In this document: positions 42,781 through 52,989 of the stretch, piece after piece
How positions within the stretch are numbered: position 1 is the first letter of the stretch
Layout: every line of letters starts with the position of its first letter
Assembly: GCA_016218805.1 (NCBI GenBank)
Contig: JACRCW010000044.1
Coordinates: 1 to 64,000 of the forward strand
Origin: Deltaproteobacteria bacterium
Lineage (GTDB): Bacteria; Myxococcota; JACRCW01
Length of the DNA stretch: 64,000 nt
Direction of reading: 5' to 3'
Notes under the pieces: model-generated
Seen by the model: the letters and a program-made list of their open reading frames with translations, nothing else
Database searches by the model: none
Told to the model about the DNA's origin: nothing
Program-made: the position numbers and the translations under genes

Positions 42781-43296
42781 TCAGGTGCCGGTGGGCTCGT
42801 CCCGTGCGGCACCCACCCAGCTGAGGAACGCATCCCGCGAAAAGAAGAAGAACAGCTGCCCGCGCGAGGTGGCCGCGCCGGTAATGAACGGCTGCAGCGC
42901 CGCGGGGAGCGCTGCCACCAGGTTCTTCTGCAGGTCGGGGCCAAGCGCTTCGGGCGCGTCCGACAGCCCGGCCAGCCGGTCCACGCGGATGCCCACGCTG
43001 CCGTGCGCGTGCGGGAACAGCGCCACCAGGCCCGCCGCGGTGCTGGCCCGGGGCGGCGGCCCGCGTGATGGCGCCGACAGCGTGGCCAGGTCGTAGATGG
43101 GCGTCACGCCCTCCAGCGATTCCACCACGCCTGCCAGCGCGGTGGACGCCATGGGCATGGGGAGCATCTCCACGGTCTCCGTCACGCGCAGCAGGTCCTC
43201 CAGCGGCACGCCCAGCGGCAACCCCGCCGCGGCGAACATCAACGTCCGCCCCTGTCCCGCCGCGGGCGGGGCGGTGCGCGCGCGCCGCGCCATCAC
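42781..43296 (-). CDS. CheW-like domain protein
   Basis: LGVPLEDLLRV, PMPMASTALAGVV...TPIYDLA, VGIRVDRLAG. Confidence 0.7.
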   Translation of the reverse strand: MMARRARTAPPAAGQGRTLMFAAAGLPLGVPLEDLLRVTETVEMLPMPMASTALAGVVESLEGVTPIYDLATLSAPSRGPPPRASTAAGLVALFPHAHGSVGIRVDRLAGLSDAPEALGPDLQKNLVAALPAALQPFITGAATSRGQLFFFFSRDAFLSWVGAARDEPTGT

Positions 43297-43763
43297 GCAC
43301 CTCCCGTGATGGCGGCCAGCCGCTTGCCCAGCTCCACCGGGTCAATGTCCGCTGCCAGCGTGGTGCCTTCGCCCGGGGTGGCCGTCACGGGCAGCCCCAC
43401 GGCCCCGGCCGGCCCGGGCAGCAGCGACGCGCCGCGCCACTGGCTGGGCCGCGGCACGCGCATCACCGCGCGCACAATGCCCGGGGCGCGCAGGCGCACG
43501 TGCGGGCCCAGCGCCAGCACGTCCGCGCGGGCCACCTCCACCACGCCCGCCACCGCGTCCACCGCCACCGTCACCGGCGCGCCACCGGTCTCCACCACCA
43601 GCGCGGCGGACGGCGGGCCGGCGGGGGGAATGTCCAGCGCGTCGCACAGCGGCAGCGCGGCGGCGTCCGCACCGCCGGACACCTCCCGGATCTGCGTGAG
43701 GTCCAGCGTCAGCAGCGCCTGCCCCGCCCGCACCAGCAGCCGCCGCTCCGGGAGCGCCTTCAC
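43293..43763 (-). CDS. Degenerate CheW-like domain protein
   Basis: LLVRAG...LDLTQIREV, ALVVETGG..VAVDAVAGVVEV; 4-nt overlaps with both neighbours. Confidence 0.6.
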   Translation of the reverse strand: MKALPERRLLVRAGQALLTLDLTQIREVSGGADAAALPLCDALDIPPAGPPSAALVVETGGAPVTVAVDAVAGVVEVARADVLALGPHVRLRAPGIVRAVMRVPRPSQWRGASLLPGPAGAVGLPVTATPGEGTTLAADIDPVELGKRLAAITGGA

Positions 43764-44875
43764 GCCGCCCCCCGCGCGTGCAGCGCATCCCGCAGCGCGG
43801 CGCGCATGGCAGCGGACAACGGCGCCGCGCCCAGGTCATCGGCCGGAACCAGCCGGACGTGCGCGGGCTTCCGCCCAAAGCGTCCCTCAAACACCCACAG
43901 GTGCAGCTGGCGGTGCGTCAGCACGCGCTGCGTGCGTGACAGCAGGCGCCCCGCGTGCAGGCCCGGCACTTCGCGCTGCAGCGCGCGCCGCAGGCTGGCT
44001 TCCGCGCGCGCCGCCGTGCGCGGCGGCGGCAGCTCACCGGTGCCCGGCATCTGCCACAACCCTGCAAACAGCCCCTCCCCCCCGCGCCGAACCAGCGCCA
44101 GCCTCCCCTGGTCCAGCACCAGCGCCAGCGCCGCGTGGACCTCGCGGCGGGCGGGGCGCACCTTGGGCGCGGGCACCGCGGCCTGCACGCCCTTGGACCG
44201 CGCCCGGCAGGACTCCGCCCACGGGCACGCGCCGCAGCGGGGGGCGGCGGGCGTGCACACCGTGGCGCCCAGCTCCATCAGTCCCTGCGTCACCTGCGCC
44301 GGGGCGGCGGCCTCCACCAGCGCCTGGGCCGCCGCCGTCACCGCGCGGTGCAGCGCGCGCTCCCCCGCGGCACCCGGCAGGCCGCACAGCCGCGCCAGCA
44401 CCCGGGTCACGTTCCCGTCCACCGCGGCGGCCGGCTGCCCAAACGCAATGGAGCGCAGCGCGCCTGCCGTGTATTCGCCCACGCCCGGCAGCGCGCGGAG
44501 GTCCTCCGCGGCGCGCGGGAAGCGGCCACCGTGGACGTCCCGCACCTGCCGCGCCGCGCGGTGCATGAGCCGCGCGCGGCGGTAGTAGCCCAGCCCGCTC
44601 CACACGGAGAGCACGTCCTGCTCCGCGGCGCCGGCCAGCGCGCCCACGGTGGGGAACCGCGCCAGGAACGCCGGGAAATAGCGCAGCACCGTGGCCACCT
44701 GCGTCTGCTGCAGCATCACTTCGCTGACCCAGATGGCGTACGGGTCCGCCGTGCGGCGCCACGGCAGGTCCCGCCGGTGCGCCCGGTAGAACGCCGTCAG
44801 CGCGGCAGCCAGCGCGGCGGCCGGGCCCGGGAGCGCGTCCCCGCCGCCCCGCGGCCGGGCGTCAGGGCCCTTCAA
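43760..44875 (-). CDS. mutY: A/G-specific adenine glycosylase
   Basis: RDLPWR, SEVMLQQTQV, WSGLGYY, LPGVG, VDGNV, Fe-S motif C-x6-C-xx-C-x5-C; start (TTG 44875) uncertain. Confidence 0.93.
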   Translation of the reverse strand: MKGPDARPRGGGDALPGPAAALAAALTAFYRAHRRDLPWRRTADPYAIWVSEVMLQQTQVATVLRYFPAFLARFPTVGALAGAAEQDVLSVWSGLGYYRRARLMHRAARQVRDVHGGRFPRAAEDLRALPGVGEYTAGALRSIAFGQPAAAVDGNVTRVLARLCGLPGAAGERALHRAVTAAAQALVEAAAPAQVTQGLMELGATVCTPAAPRCGACPWAESCRARSKGVQAAVPAPKVRPARREVHAALALVLDQGRLALVRRGGEGLFAGLWQMPGTGELPPPRTAARAEASLRRALQREVPGLHAGRLLSRTQRVLTHRQLHLWVFEGRFGRKPAHVRLVPADDLGAAPLSAAMRAALRDALHARGAA

Positions 44876-46511
44876 GTGGGTGCAGCCCCAGCGACCCGCT
44901 GCCCTGCAACGTGCGCAGCGGCGTCCCGTCCGGCGTGGACACCACCAGCGAGCCGCCCTGGCCCACGCCGCCGTCGCGCACCGGCGTGTCATTGAACCAG
45001 ACGTTGACCGCCGTCAGTCCGTTGTCAAACCCGGCGGTGAAGGTGGCTGGCAGCTCCACCCGCAGCCGCGTGGTGAACCCGCTCTTCTGGAAGGGCGCGG
45101 GCACCGCCGGTTCGTCCACAAACGCGTCCGCGTGCGCGGTGATGAGCCCCTGCTGCTGCACCAGCTCCACGCGGATGGGGAGCATCTGGCCCTCCGGCAC
45201 CACGGTGCCGTCCGGGTTGCGTGCGCCCACGGGGAACTCCAATGCCAGGTAGAGGTTCTCGCCGGCGCCGGCGCGCGCGTCCGCCACAATGATGGTGGCC
45301 TGCCGCAGCACCTCCACCTCAGCGCCCACCGCCGGCTCAATGTACAGCGGCGCCCACTTGCTGAAGCGCAGCGTGGGGAGCGAGCCCTGCGCCACCAGCA
45401 GCATGTTGGTCTCCGACCCGGCCTTGAGGTTGGGGACCACCAGGTCCACCGCCGTGCCAAACCCCGCGTTGGTCACCGCCCCCGCGCCGTCCCGCACCGG
45501 GTTGCCGTCCGCCGCCAGGACTTCCATCCGCTCCACCGCGCTGGTGCTCAGGCTGTTGCCGTCCTCCGTCACCAGCGTGGCCTCCACGCTGGCCAGCTTC
45601 ACGGACTGGTTGAAGACCACGTGGAGGAGGCTGTCCCGCGCCCCGGCGCCACTGCCGTTCTTCACGTACCCCGGCCGCATGGTGGGCCCCACCAGGTCCG
45701 GCAGGCTGCTGCCCACCACCTTCAGCGGCGTGGTCGCCCCCGCGGGGCTCAGCGTGACCTGCACGGTGTTGCCCAGCGTGAGCAGTTCGGAAACGGTGTG
45801 GGTCACCACCTGGCCCGCCAGCATGGGCGAAGTGGCCGTCTCCGCCACCGCGCTCACCATCACGGACACCACCTGCGTGCCCAGCCGCGCGCCCAGCGCC
45901 ACCGGGTCCGGCATGCTGGCAAAGGAAGCGTTGCCCGCTGCGTCGGTGCTCACGGTTTCGTGGATCACGCCCGCGGGTGCTTCATCCACCGTGAAGGCAA
46001 ACGGGATGTCCATCACCACCGGCACGTTGGCCGCCCCCGTGCCGTCCGGCCGCAGCACGCTCAACCGCAGCGGCGTGCTGCCGTACGCCATCAGGTACAC
46101 CGGGCCCACAAAGAGGTTGGCGTTGCCCGTGGGGAAGTTGCCGGCTGAGTTGGTGAGCACCGCGGTCACATCCGCCGGGTGCACTTCAGTCCCTTTGCGG
46201 AACGAGCAGTGCACCGGGCCGCCCGCCGGCACCTCCGGCACGTCCTCCGCCGTGGTGAACTGCCCGTTGGCGTCCGTGGTGAACTCCTTGCGGAACCCGC
46301 CCGCGCTCACCACCACCGTCACCCCCGCCATGGGCGCGCGCGTGGCAAAGTCCCGTGCCTCGCCACGCACGGTGCCCATGGGCTTGACCAGGTCCACCTG
46401 CGTCTTCACCGGTTCATTGCTGGGAGCCTGCTGGGTGCAGGCAACGCCCCAGGCGAGGGTGGCGGCGGCTGCAACGGACAGGCAGGAGGGGAAGTGGGCG
46501 CGCGTGCTCAT
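44862..46511 (-). CDS. Lipoprotein with carboxypeptidase-regulatory-like and further beta-sandwich domains
   Basis: Lipobox GVAC, GTVRG...GVTV...TTDANGQF, second TDAAGNA module. Confidence 0.7.
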   Translation of the reverse strand: MSTRAHFPSCLSVAAAATLAWGVACTQQAPSNEPVKTQVDLVKPMGTVRGEARDFATRAPMAGVTVVVSAGGFRKEFTTDANGQFTTAEDVPEVPAGGPVHCSFRKGTEVHPADVTAVLTNSAGNFPTGNANLFVGPVYLMAYGSTPLRLSVLRPDGTGAANVPVVMDIPFAFTVDEAPAGVIHETVSTDAAGNASFASMPDPVALGARLGTQVVSVMVSAVAETATSPMLAGQVVTHTVSELLTLGNTVQVTLSPAGATTPLKVVGSSLPDLVGPTMRPGYVKNGSGAGARDSLLHVVFNQSVKLASVEATLVTEDGNSLSTSAVERMEVLAADGNPVRDGAGAVTNAGFGTAVDLVVPNLKAGSETNMLLVAQGSLPTLRFSKWAPLYIEPAVGAEVEVLRQATIIVADARAGAGENLYLALEFPVGARNPDGTVVPEGQMLPIRVELVQQQGLITAHADAFVDEPAVPAPFQKSGFTTRLRVELPATFTAGFDNGLTAVNVWFNDTPVRDGGVGQGGSLVVSTPDGTPLRTLQGSGSLGLHPLEGP

Positions 46512-46630
46512 GGGAGGGGGTTTCACCAGCGCACGGCCGCCGTGTCAACGCCGTCCCCGTGCGGCGGCGCCCGTCCTTACCCCCCGGCACGGACGGGCCG
46601 ATGGAGCTGCGGACGGTCCCGGGAGCACCC

Positions 46631-47659
46631 ATGCTCGGTTGGATCCACCGCATCCTGGAACGGCCCGCGCCGCCGCCGCCCCTGCAGGCGCCGGCGCCCG
46701 TGGCGGTTGCCGCGCCCGCGCCCGCCGCGCTGCCGGACTACCTGGCCGCGCTGGACCTCCCCGCCACGCTGGCCGAAGAGCCGGACTGGGTGGAGCCGGA
46801 CGAGGCGGAGCAGGAGCTGGCCGCACGGGTGCTGGACCATTTCCACGTCCACCGGCCCGGACCGGCCAGCGCCCCGCGCCAGGCCATCCACATCATCACG
46901 CTGGTGGCCGACCCCGCGGCGCGCATCCAGGACCTGGCCCGCGTGATCGCGTCAGACGCGGCACTGTCCGCCGGGGTGTTGCGCGTGGCCAACTCCGCCG
47001 CCGTGCGCGGGGACCATGAGATTGACAACATCCATGAGGCGATCACCCGCCTGGGCCTGGTGGACGTGGGCCGCGTGGCCGGGGCGGTGAGCGCGCGCTC
47101 GCTGTTCAGCGCTCGGGCGCGGCAGGAACAGGAGTTGTTTGGCGGCGTCTGGGTGCGGATGTTCCGCGCGTCCAGCCAGCAGGCCCTGGCGGCCGGCGCG
47201 CTGGCCATGCAGCTCAACATGGTCCGGTCGGACCACGTGTTCCTGGGCGCCATGATGCATGACATTGGCAAGGTCATGGCCATGCGTTCACTGGCCGCGC
47301 TGGCCGTGGACGGCCGGGTACGGCGGGACCTCCCGCCGGAGGCGGTGGAGCGGGTGCTGGAGGCGGTGCACGTGGAGGTGGGCGAGGTGGCGCACGAGTC
47401 CTGGGAACTCCCGGGCTACCTCCAGGTCATGTGCGCCAGCCTGCACGGTGAGCACCTCCCCGCGGACGATGCCCACCGCGACCTGCACGTGGTGCGGCTG
47501 GTGTCCGCGCTGGATGACCTGGGCGCCGAGGTCCCGTGGCGGGCCCGGGCGGCCACGGAGTTGTTCACCAGCGCGCGGGCGTTGGGCCTGCGCCCGCCGG
47601 CGGTGCGTGCCGCCCAGGCGGAGCTGCGGCTGGCCGCGCGGCGGTGCGCGGCGCTGTGA
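46631..47659 (+). CDS. HDOD domain protein
   Basis: DAALSAGVLRVANSA, AITRLG, MMHDIGK, H..VG...WELP; GGGAG RBS before ATG 46631 (alternative 46601). Confidence 0.85.
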   Translation: MLGWIHRILERPAPPPPLQAPAPVAVAAPAPAALPDYLAALDLPATLAEEPDWVEPDEAEQELAARVLDHFHVHRPGPASAPRQAIHIITLVADPAARIQDLARVIASDAALSAGVLRVANSAAVRGDHEIDNIHEAITRLGLVDVGRVAGAVSARSLFSARARQEQELFGGVWVRMFRASSQQALAAGALAMQLNMVRSDHVFLGAMMHDIGKVMAMRSLAALAVDGRVRRDLPPEAVERVLEAVHVEVGEVAHESWELPGYLQVMCASLHGEHLPADDAHRDLHVVRLVSALDDLGAEVPWRARAATELFTSARALGLRPPAVRAAQAELRLAARRCAAL

Positions 47660-47669
47660 CGCCGTGGGG

Positions 47670-49133
47670 TCATTCCCAGCACACGCGGTTCCGCCCGGTC
47701 TGCTTGGCCCGGTAGAGCATGTCATCCGCGCGCTTCACCACCCGCGAAGGATCCGCGACGTCAGACAACGGCTCAAGCGCCGCCAGCCCGAAGCTGGCCG
47801 TCACATTGAAGGGCCCCGTGCCGCTGTCAAACGCCTCGCTGGCCAGCTTGTCCCGCAGCCGGTTGGCCGCCAGGCCGGCGGCCTGCAGCCCCGTCTCGGT
47901 GAACAGGATGACAAACTCCTCTCCGCCATACCGCGCCACCAGGTCTGAGGGCCGCACGGCCTGGGATAGCAGCCGCGCAAAGCGGCGCAGCACCTCGTCA
48001 CCCACCTGGTGGCCATGCGTGTCATTGCAGCGCTTGAAGTGATCCACGTCCGCCATGGCCAGCACCAGGGAGCCGCCGTACCGCCCCACCCGTAACGCCT
48101 CGCGCCGCAGTGCCTCGTCAAATGAGCGGCGGTTGGCCAGACCGGTCAGCCCGTCCTCCGACGCGATAGCCGCCAGCTTCTGGTTGGCATCCTCCAACTC
48201 ACGGGTGAGCTGTTCCAGTTTGAGGTTGATATCCGCCAGCTGTTCGTTGGCCCGCAGCGCGCCCTCTACAAACGACATGGGCGCTTCCAGGCCCAGCTCA
48301 AAGTCCGCCACCACCTCGGCCACCTTCTCCGGCAGCACGGCCAGCAGCTCATCCACGCCCGCAGGCGTGAGGCCCGTCAGCGCCGCGGCGCCCTGGCGCG
48401 CCGCCCGCAGGGCTCCCAGGCGCCGCTCATCACACAGGCTGTGCACCAGCGCGGCCGCGGCATTGAGCAGTCCAGGCAGGTCACACGCCAGGCCCGGGTA
48501 GGGCGGCGCATGGTGCGTGGCAATGGCCGCGCAGTGGGACGGCGGCAGGTTCCACCGCTCCGCCAACAGCCGGCCCGCCGCCTGGTGGTCCAGCCCAAAC
48601 ACCGCCCGCTCGCGCGCCAGCACCTCCGCGCTGGCCTGCCCGTCGCGCGGCTCGCACTGCGCGTAGCTGCTCCCAAAGAACTGGATCATGGCCAGCGCAC
48701 CCACGTCGGTCAGCAGGCCCAGGACAAACGCCTCTTCGCCATCCAGCGCGGTGCGCTGGGCCAGGCTGCGCGCCAGCACTGCCACGTGGAGGGAGCGCTC
48801 CCACAGCCGCCGCGCCACCGTGTTGCCGGCTGCCCCCCGGCCCACCAGGTCCAGCACGGACACGCTCAGCACCAGGTTGCGCACCGCGCGCATGCCCAGC
48901 AGCACCACCGCGTCCGTGATCTTGGTGGTCCGCTGCCGGCCCGCATAGAAGGGCGAGTTGGCCACCTTGAGCAGCCGGGCGGACAGGCCCGCATCCGACG
49001 TGATGATCCGGCCCAGCTCCGCGGCGCCCGTGGTGTTGTCTGACGCCAGCGCAAGCACCCGCGCGGCCACCGCCGGCAGCGTGGGCACCGTCGGGTCGCG
49101 CGCCAGCACTCCGGTAAGGTCCGTCGGCAGCAA
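47670..49133 (-). CDS. HDOD-GGDEF diguanylate cyclase
   Basis: PTLP...LLKVANSP HDOD domain, coiled coil, DGLTGLANRR, DVDHFK, RPSD I-site, GGEEF; GGAGG RBS before TTG 49133. Confidence 0.9.
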   Translation of the reverse strand: MLPTDLTGVLARDPTVPTLPAVAARVLALASDNTTGAAELGRIITSDAGLSARLLKVANSPFYAGRQRTTKITDAVVLLGMRAVRNLVLSVSVLDLVGRGAAGNTVARRLWERSLHVAVLARSLAQRTALDGEEAFVLGLLTDVGALAMIQFFGSSYAQCEPRDGQASAEVLARERAVFGLDHQAAGRLLAERWNLPPSHCAAIATHHAPPYPGLACDLPGLLNAAAALVHSLCDERRLGALRAARQGAAALTGLTPAGVDELLAVLPEKVAEVVADFELGLEAPMSFVEGALRANEQLADINLKLEQLTRELEDANQKLAAIASEDGLTGLANRRSFDEALRREALRVGRYGGSLVLAMADVDHFKRCNDTHGHQVGDEVLRRFARLLSQAVRPSDLVARYGGEEFVILFTETGLQAAGLAANRLRDKLASEAFDSGTGPFNVTASFGLAALEPLSDVADPSRVVKRADDMLYRAKQTGRNRVCWE

Positions 49134-49286
49134 GAAACCTCCAACCCCCGGTGCGCTGCAATCGGTAGACGCCGCCGGGCCCGCGGCGCAACGCGCCCGG
49201 CGGCAGCGCGGCGGTTCAGGCGGGTGGTTGCCCCTCATGGCGGCGGCCGCCTATTTCCGGCCGCACTCAACCAGGAGGGAGAACCC

Positions 49287-50027
49287 ATGCCGGAAAGTTC
49301 AGTCAGTCGCAGCGTGCTGGAAGAGACCCCCGGCCGCGCACTCAAGTTCCTCAGCGGCGTCGGGAAGAGCCGCGTGGTATTCGGGCTGCTGGCGCAGCGC
49401 GGGTACTCGCAGGAAGTGCATGACCGCGGTTGGATGCTGCTCCACAAGGCGTCCGGCTACCACCCCGGGGACCGCCCGCCCGCCGTCAACAAGCCCGCGC
49501 AAGACGCCATGCAGCAACTGGACGCGTGGGACGAACCCAACTTCAGCATCATCGCCGCATCCCTGCAGCAGGCGTTTCCGGAGCAGGGCGCGTTCCTGTT
49601 CGCAGGGGACCTGGAGCCCGCGGACGGCAATGCCGCCATCGTCACCTGCCAGACCATGATGGACCGCCTGGACGCCCTGGAATCGGGCGCCGGCCGCACC
49701 ACCACGCGGGACCATGACCAGGCCGCATTGCAGAAGCTGGCCACCCGGGGCATCACGCCGGAGGAACGCCAGCACGTCAAAGCGCTGCTGAAGGCGGCCA
49801 CGGCCGTCAGCGCCCCGGAGACCTCCCCCGCCGAAGTGGAGGCCGCCCAGCTGCAATACGCGGCGGACCTGGAAGCTCTGCGCGCCTGGTATGCCGAGTG
49901 GTCCCGCATTGCGCATGCAGTAATTCGCAAGCGGACCCACCTGATTTCACTGGGACTGGCAAAGCGACGCTCCCGCGCTGAGGAGTCCGTTGCCGACCCG
50001 GTCCCGGAGCTTGCGCCGCCGGGCTGA
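49287..50027 (+). CDS. Hypothetical alpha-helical protein
   Basis: AGGAGG RBS, 246 aa, ends W..W...A...I.KR..LISLGLAKRR. Confidence 0.75.
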   Translation: MPESSVSRSVLEETPGRALKFLSGVGKSRVVFGLLAQRGYSQEVHDRGWMLLHKASGYHPGDRPPAVNKPAQDAMQQLDAWDEPNFSIIAASLQQAFPEQGAFLFAGDLEPADGNAAIVTCQTMMDRLDALESGAGRTTTRDHDQAALQKLATRGITPEERQHVKALLKAATAVSAPETSPAEVEAAQLQYAADLEALRAWYAEWSRIAHAVIRKRTHLISLGLAKRRSRAEESVADPVPELAPPG

Positions 50028-50231
50028 AGGCTTGCCGGATGGGCGGCTATGCCGCGGAAAACAGTCTTTTCAACGGCTTGTGTCTGCAGGCACCGCGTGC
50101 ACGCCCAGGGCACGCCCCGCAAGACGCGCCAACCGGTGCGCAACTTGTTGACTGCAGGGGCGTTTTTCGGCGGGACAGGGCGGTGACGCCGCCCGGCAAG
50201 CTCCCATCCCCGTCCGGCAAGCTCACGTGCA

Positions 50232-52853
50232 TCAATTCTCCACGCAATACAGGCGGGGAATTGCCTGGCCGCACATGCTGATTCCCTGCCCCACCCAGTC
50301 TGGGTGCCAGGTTGTGGTCAGGGAGCCTACCTGGCCCAAGGAAGAGCCCGCGGAGGTCCACCCGCTGCAGTGGAAGCTCCCCACCGAACCGTCCGCGGAC
50401 CCCGTCCAGGCCACGCCATCACCGACATACGCGCCGTTCTCATCCACGGTGATGGAGGTGAGATGCTCGGCAAGCAACTGTGACCGTGTGGCGGCGATGA
50501 GCACGCCGTCGGGCCGCACAAACGGTCCCACGCCCGTGACACGGCTCGCGGCCGACGTGGTGGCGTCTGACAGCAAGGCGGTGAACCGGTCGCTGTTGGC
50601 CATTCCGGCGGCCAGGGCGCGGGCACGGCAGATGGCGTCTCCGGCGGCCAGCCCGGTGGCACCGCCGGCCCCGGCCCAGGTGGCAAGGTTGCCCGTGCCG
50701 CTGGTGGACGTGACAAAGACGCGCAACCCCGTGACGGCAAAGGGCGGCAGCGCACGTCCGGCACCGGTCTGCAGGCATGCCAAGGCACCGGACGCGCCGC
50801 AGAACGCCCCCGTTTCATCGCGGGTCCAGCCCACGGCCGTGCGGTAAGGGCTTCCGCGCTGCGCGTTCCCCGCCATGGAAGTCCAGTTGTTGCAGTGGTA
50901 GCCGGCCGCCGCCGTACCGTCGGGCCGGGTCCCCGTGAACCGCCGCAGCCCGCCTTCAGAGAAGCTGCCACGCGCGTTGAGTTTCAGCGGGTTGTAGATG
51001 GCGGCATCATCGCGGAGCAGGAGGTCAGCCGTGGCGGAAAACGGCGAGGCGTCCGCCTGCATCCACGGCCCGGCGGGGGTGGGCGCGGCACCCAGGCCGC
51101 AGGAGTCGGCGCGTCGCCCCGGCAGGCCGTGAACCCGGCACCACGCGTCATCGGCGTCATCAGAGGCCCAGGCCACAAACGTGCCTGGGAGGCCCGCAAC
51201 CCCCGCCTCGCGCTGGCAGGCAAAGTCAGCCGCGGCCAGACCGGTGAGGGAACCCGCGTTGGCCCAACTGGCAAAGTCTCCATTCTGCGCGCGGATGGTG
51301 AACGCCACGTTGGCCCCCTGCACGGTCACCGTCACTGGCACGGCCGTTCCGCCACACGTGGCTGTCAGCTGCGCCGTCCCGTTCATGACTCCGCGAACCA
51401 GCCCGAAGAAACCGGCCACATTGCCCACGGTGGCCTTGGCCGTGTTGGAGGACACCCAGGTGCACTGGTCCGTCAGATCCGCCTCGCTACCGTCCGAGTA
51501 GACGGCCATGGCGGAGAGCTGCAGCGTGGCGCCCACGTCAACCGCGGCGGGCAGGGGCCGCACGTCAACCCGGTCCTGCTCGGGCGGGCCCACGGTCACA
51601 TTCGCGCTCGCCAGGGTCAGTGGTGACGCCAGCGAGGCAAACACCATGGTGGTCCCAACCACATGGCCCCGGACGCGCCCGCGGGACCCGGCGGAGTCAT
51701 CCACATCCGCGATGCTGGGGTCAGCGGTGCTCCATGCCGCGGCCTCGGTCACGTCACGCGTGCCGTCCGTGTACGTTGCCATGGCCTGCACCGCGGTTGC
51801 CCTGCCGGCGGGGACCACAACCGGATCCGGAACCAGCGCCAGCGACACAAACGCCCCAGGCCCCACGCGGACTTCTGCGCTCCCTGCCATCCCGCCCAGC
51901 GAAGCCGCCACACGGGTCACGCCGGGCACCAGGCCGTGCACCAGGCCACGCGTTCCCGGCACGTTGCTCACGGTGGCCGTAGACGCGCCCCCCGCATCCA
52001 CGCTCCAGGAGGCGAACTCCGTGACGTCCGCGGGCCCGTTGCTGAACTGCCCCATGGCCACAAACGCGAGGTCCGTGCCGGCCGGGAGGTTTCCCGGATC
52101 CGGGGTGACGACAATGCTGTCCAACTCAGCAGGGCTGACGGTCACCACGGCCGACCCGGAATGCCCCGAATGCGTTGCCGAGATTCCCGCGGTTCCCACG
52201 GATACGGCGTTGACCAACCCGCCAGCGCCCACCGTGGCGACAGCGGGCGCGTCGCTGGTCCACGTTGCCTCCGGGGTGACCACCGCGCTGCTGCCGTCGT
52301 CAAAGCGGAGGGTGGCCACCAGCGCCTGCTGCCGCCCCTGGGCCAACGTGACTGATGCCGGTGTCACCTCCAGCGCCGCGACCGCGGGGTTTCCTGGGCC
52401 CGATGAAGCGGGCAGCGACGAGCCTGCGGGCGACGAGGACTGGGGCGCGGAGGAGGACGCGCCGGGGGCGGAGGAAGCGGATGGCCACGCGCTGCCGCTG
52501 GCGCCAGACGCGAAGGCCGACGCTGCGCTGGAATCCTGCAGGTGCGAAGTCGCCGCGGTTGACGGGGATCCGGACGCGGAAAACGCGGCCGACGTTGCGG
52601 TGGCACTGCCGCCAGAGGCCGACGCGTTCAGTGACGAAGGACCCGCGGAGGCCGCAGCGGACGTTGCGCCACCCAAGGAGCTTGTGGGGGTGACCGACGA
52701 CGATGAGGACGGGAGGGGGCCTCCGCCTGACGAGGACGTCCCGTGGTTGTTCTCCGGCTTGGGGGGGCAACCCAGGAGGAAGGCGAGTCCAAGTCCCCAC
52801 ACAAGCGCCTTGACGGGTATGGAACGAATCGCTGATTGACCGCATCGCTTCAT
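50232..52853 (-). CDS. Surface lipoprotein: Ser/Ala linker, four Big_2 Ig-like repeats, two DUF1554/endostatin-like domains
   Basis: GGAGG RBS, lipobox LLGC, four VT....W.S....ATV repeats, two GLAA(A/G)DxxC modules, ends RLYCVE. Confidence 0.82.
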   Translation of the reverse strand: MKRCGQSAIRSIPVKALVWGLGLAFLLGCPPKPENNHGTSSSGGGPLPSSSSSVTPTSSLGGATSAAASAGPSSLNASASGGSATATSAAFSASGSPSTAATSHLQDSSAASAFASGASGSAWPSASSAPGASSSAPQSSSPAGSSLPASSGPGNPAVAALEVTPASVTLAQGRQQALVATLRFDDGSSAVVTPEATWTSDAPAVATVGAGGLVNAVSVGTAGISATHSGHSGSAVVTVSPAELDSIVVTPDPGNLPAGTDLAFVAMGQFSNGPADVTEFASWSVDAGGASTATVSNVPGTRGLVHGLVPGVTRVAASLGGMAGSAEVRVGPGAFVSLALVPDPVVVPAGRATAVQAMATYTDGTRDVTEAAAWSTADPSIADVDDSAGSRGRVRGHVVGTTMVFASLASPLTLASANVTVGPPEQDRVDVRPLPAAVDVGATLQLSAMAVYSDGSEADLTDQCTWVSSNTAKATVGNVAGFFGLVRGVMNGTAQLTATCGGTAVPVTVTVQGANVAFTIRAQNGDFASWANAGSLTGLAAADFACQREAGVAGLPGTFVAWASDDADDAWCRVHGLPGRRADSCGLGAAPTPAGPWMQADASPFSATADLLLRDDAAIYNPLKLNARGSFSEGGLRRFTGTRPDGTAAAGYHCNNWTSMAGNAQRGSPYRTAVGWTRDETGAFCGASGALACLQTGAGRALPPFAVTGLRVFVTSTSGTGNLATWAGAGGATGLAAGDAICRARALAAGMANSDRFTALLSDATTSAASRVTGVGPFVRPDGVLIAATRSQLLAEHLTSITVDENGAYVGDGVAWTGSADGSVGSFHCSGWTSAGSSLGQVGSLTTTWHPDWVGQGISMCGQAIPRLYCVEN

Positions 52854-52989
52854 GAGGTGCCTCCAGGGACGGGCGCCGCGGGAACAGCGCTTGCGCATCT
52901 TGGGGCCTTGCCCGGCGGTTGGTCCAAACCTGAACGGATGGTGAGGGGTGGTAGGGTGGTGTTTCCGGTTGACGGGCTCGATCCCCGCC

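Noticed and set aside
40906..43345. Minus-strand ORFs with PLPEGVPSPTRGG peptide repeats
   Set aside because: Translation artefact of the 22-bp DNA array; they overlap comF and the CheW-like genes
50232..51300. Diversity-generating retroelement target
   Set aside because: No reverse transcriptase and no adenine-variant template repeat seen in the window
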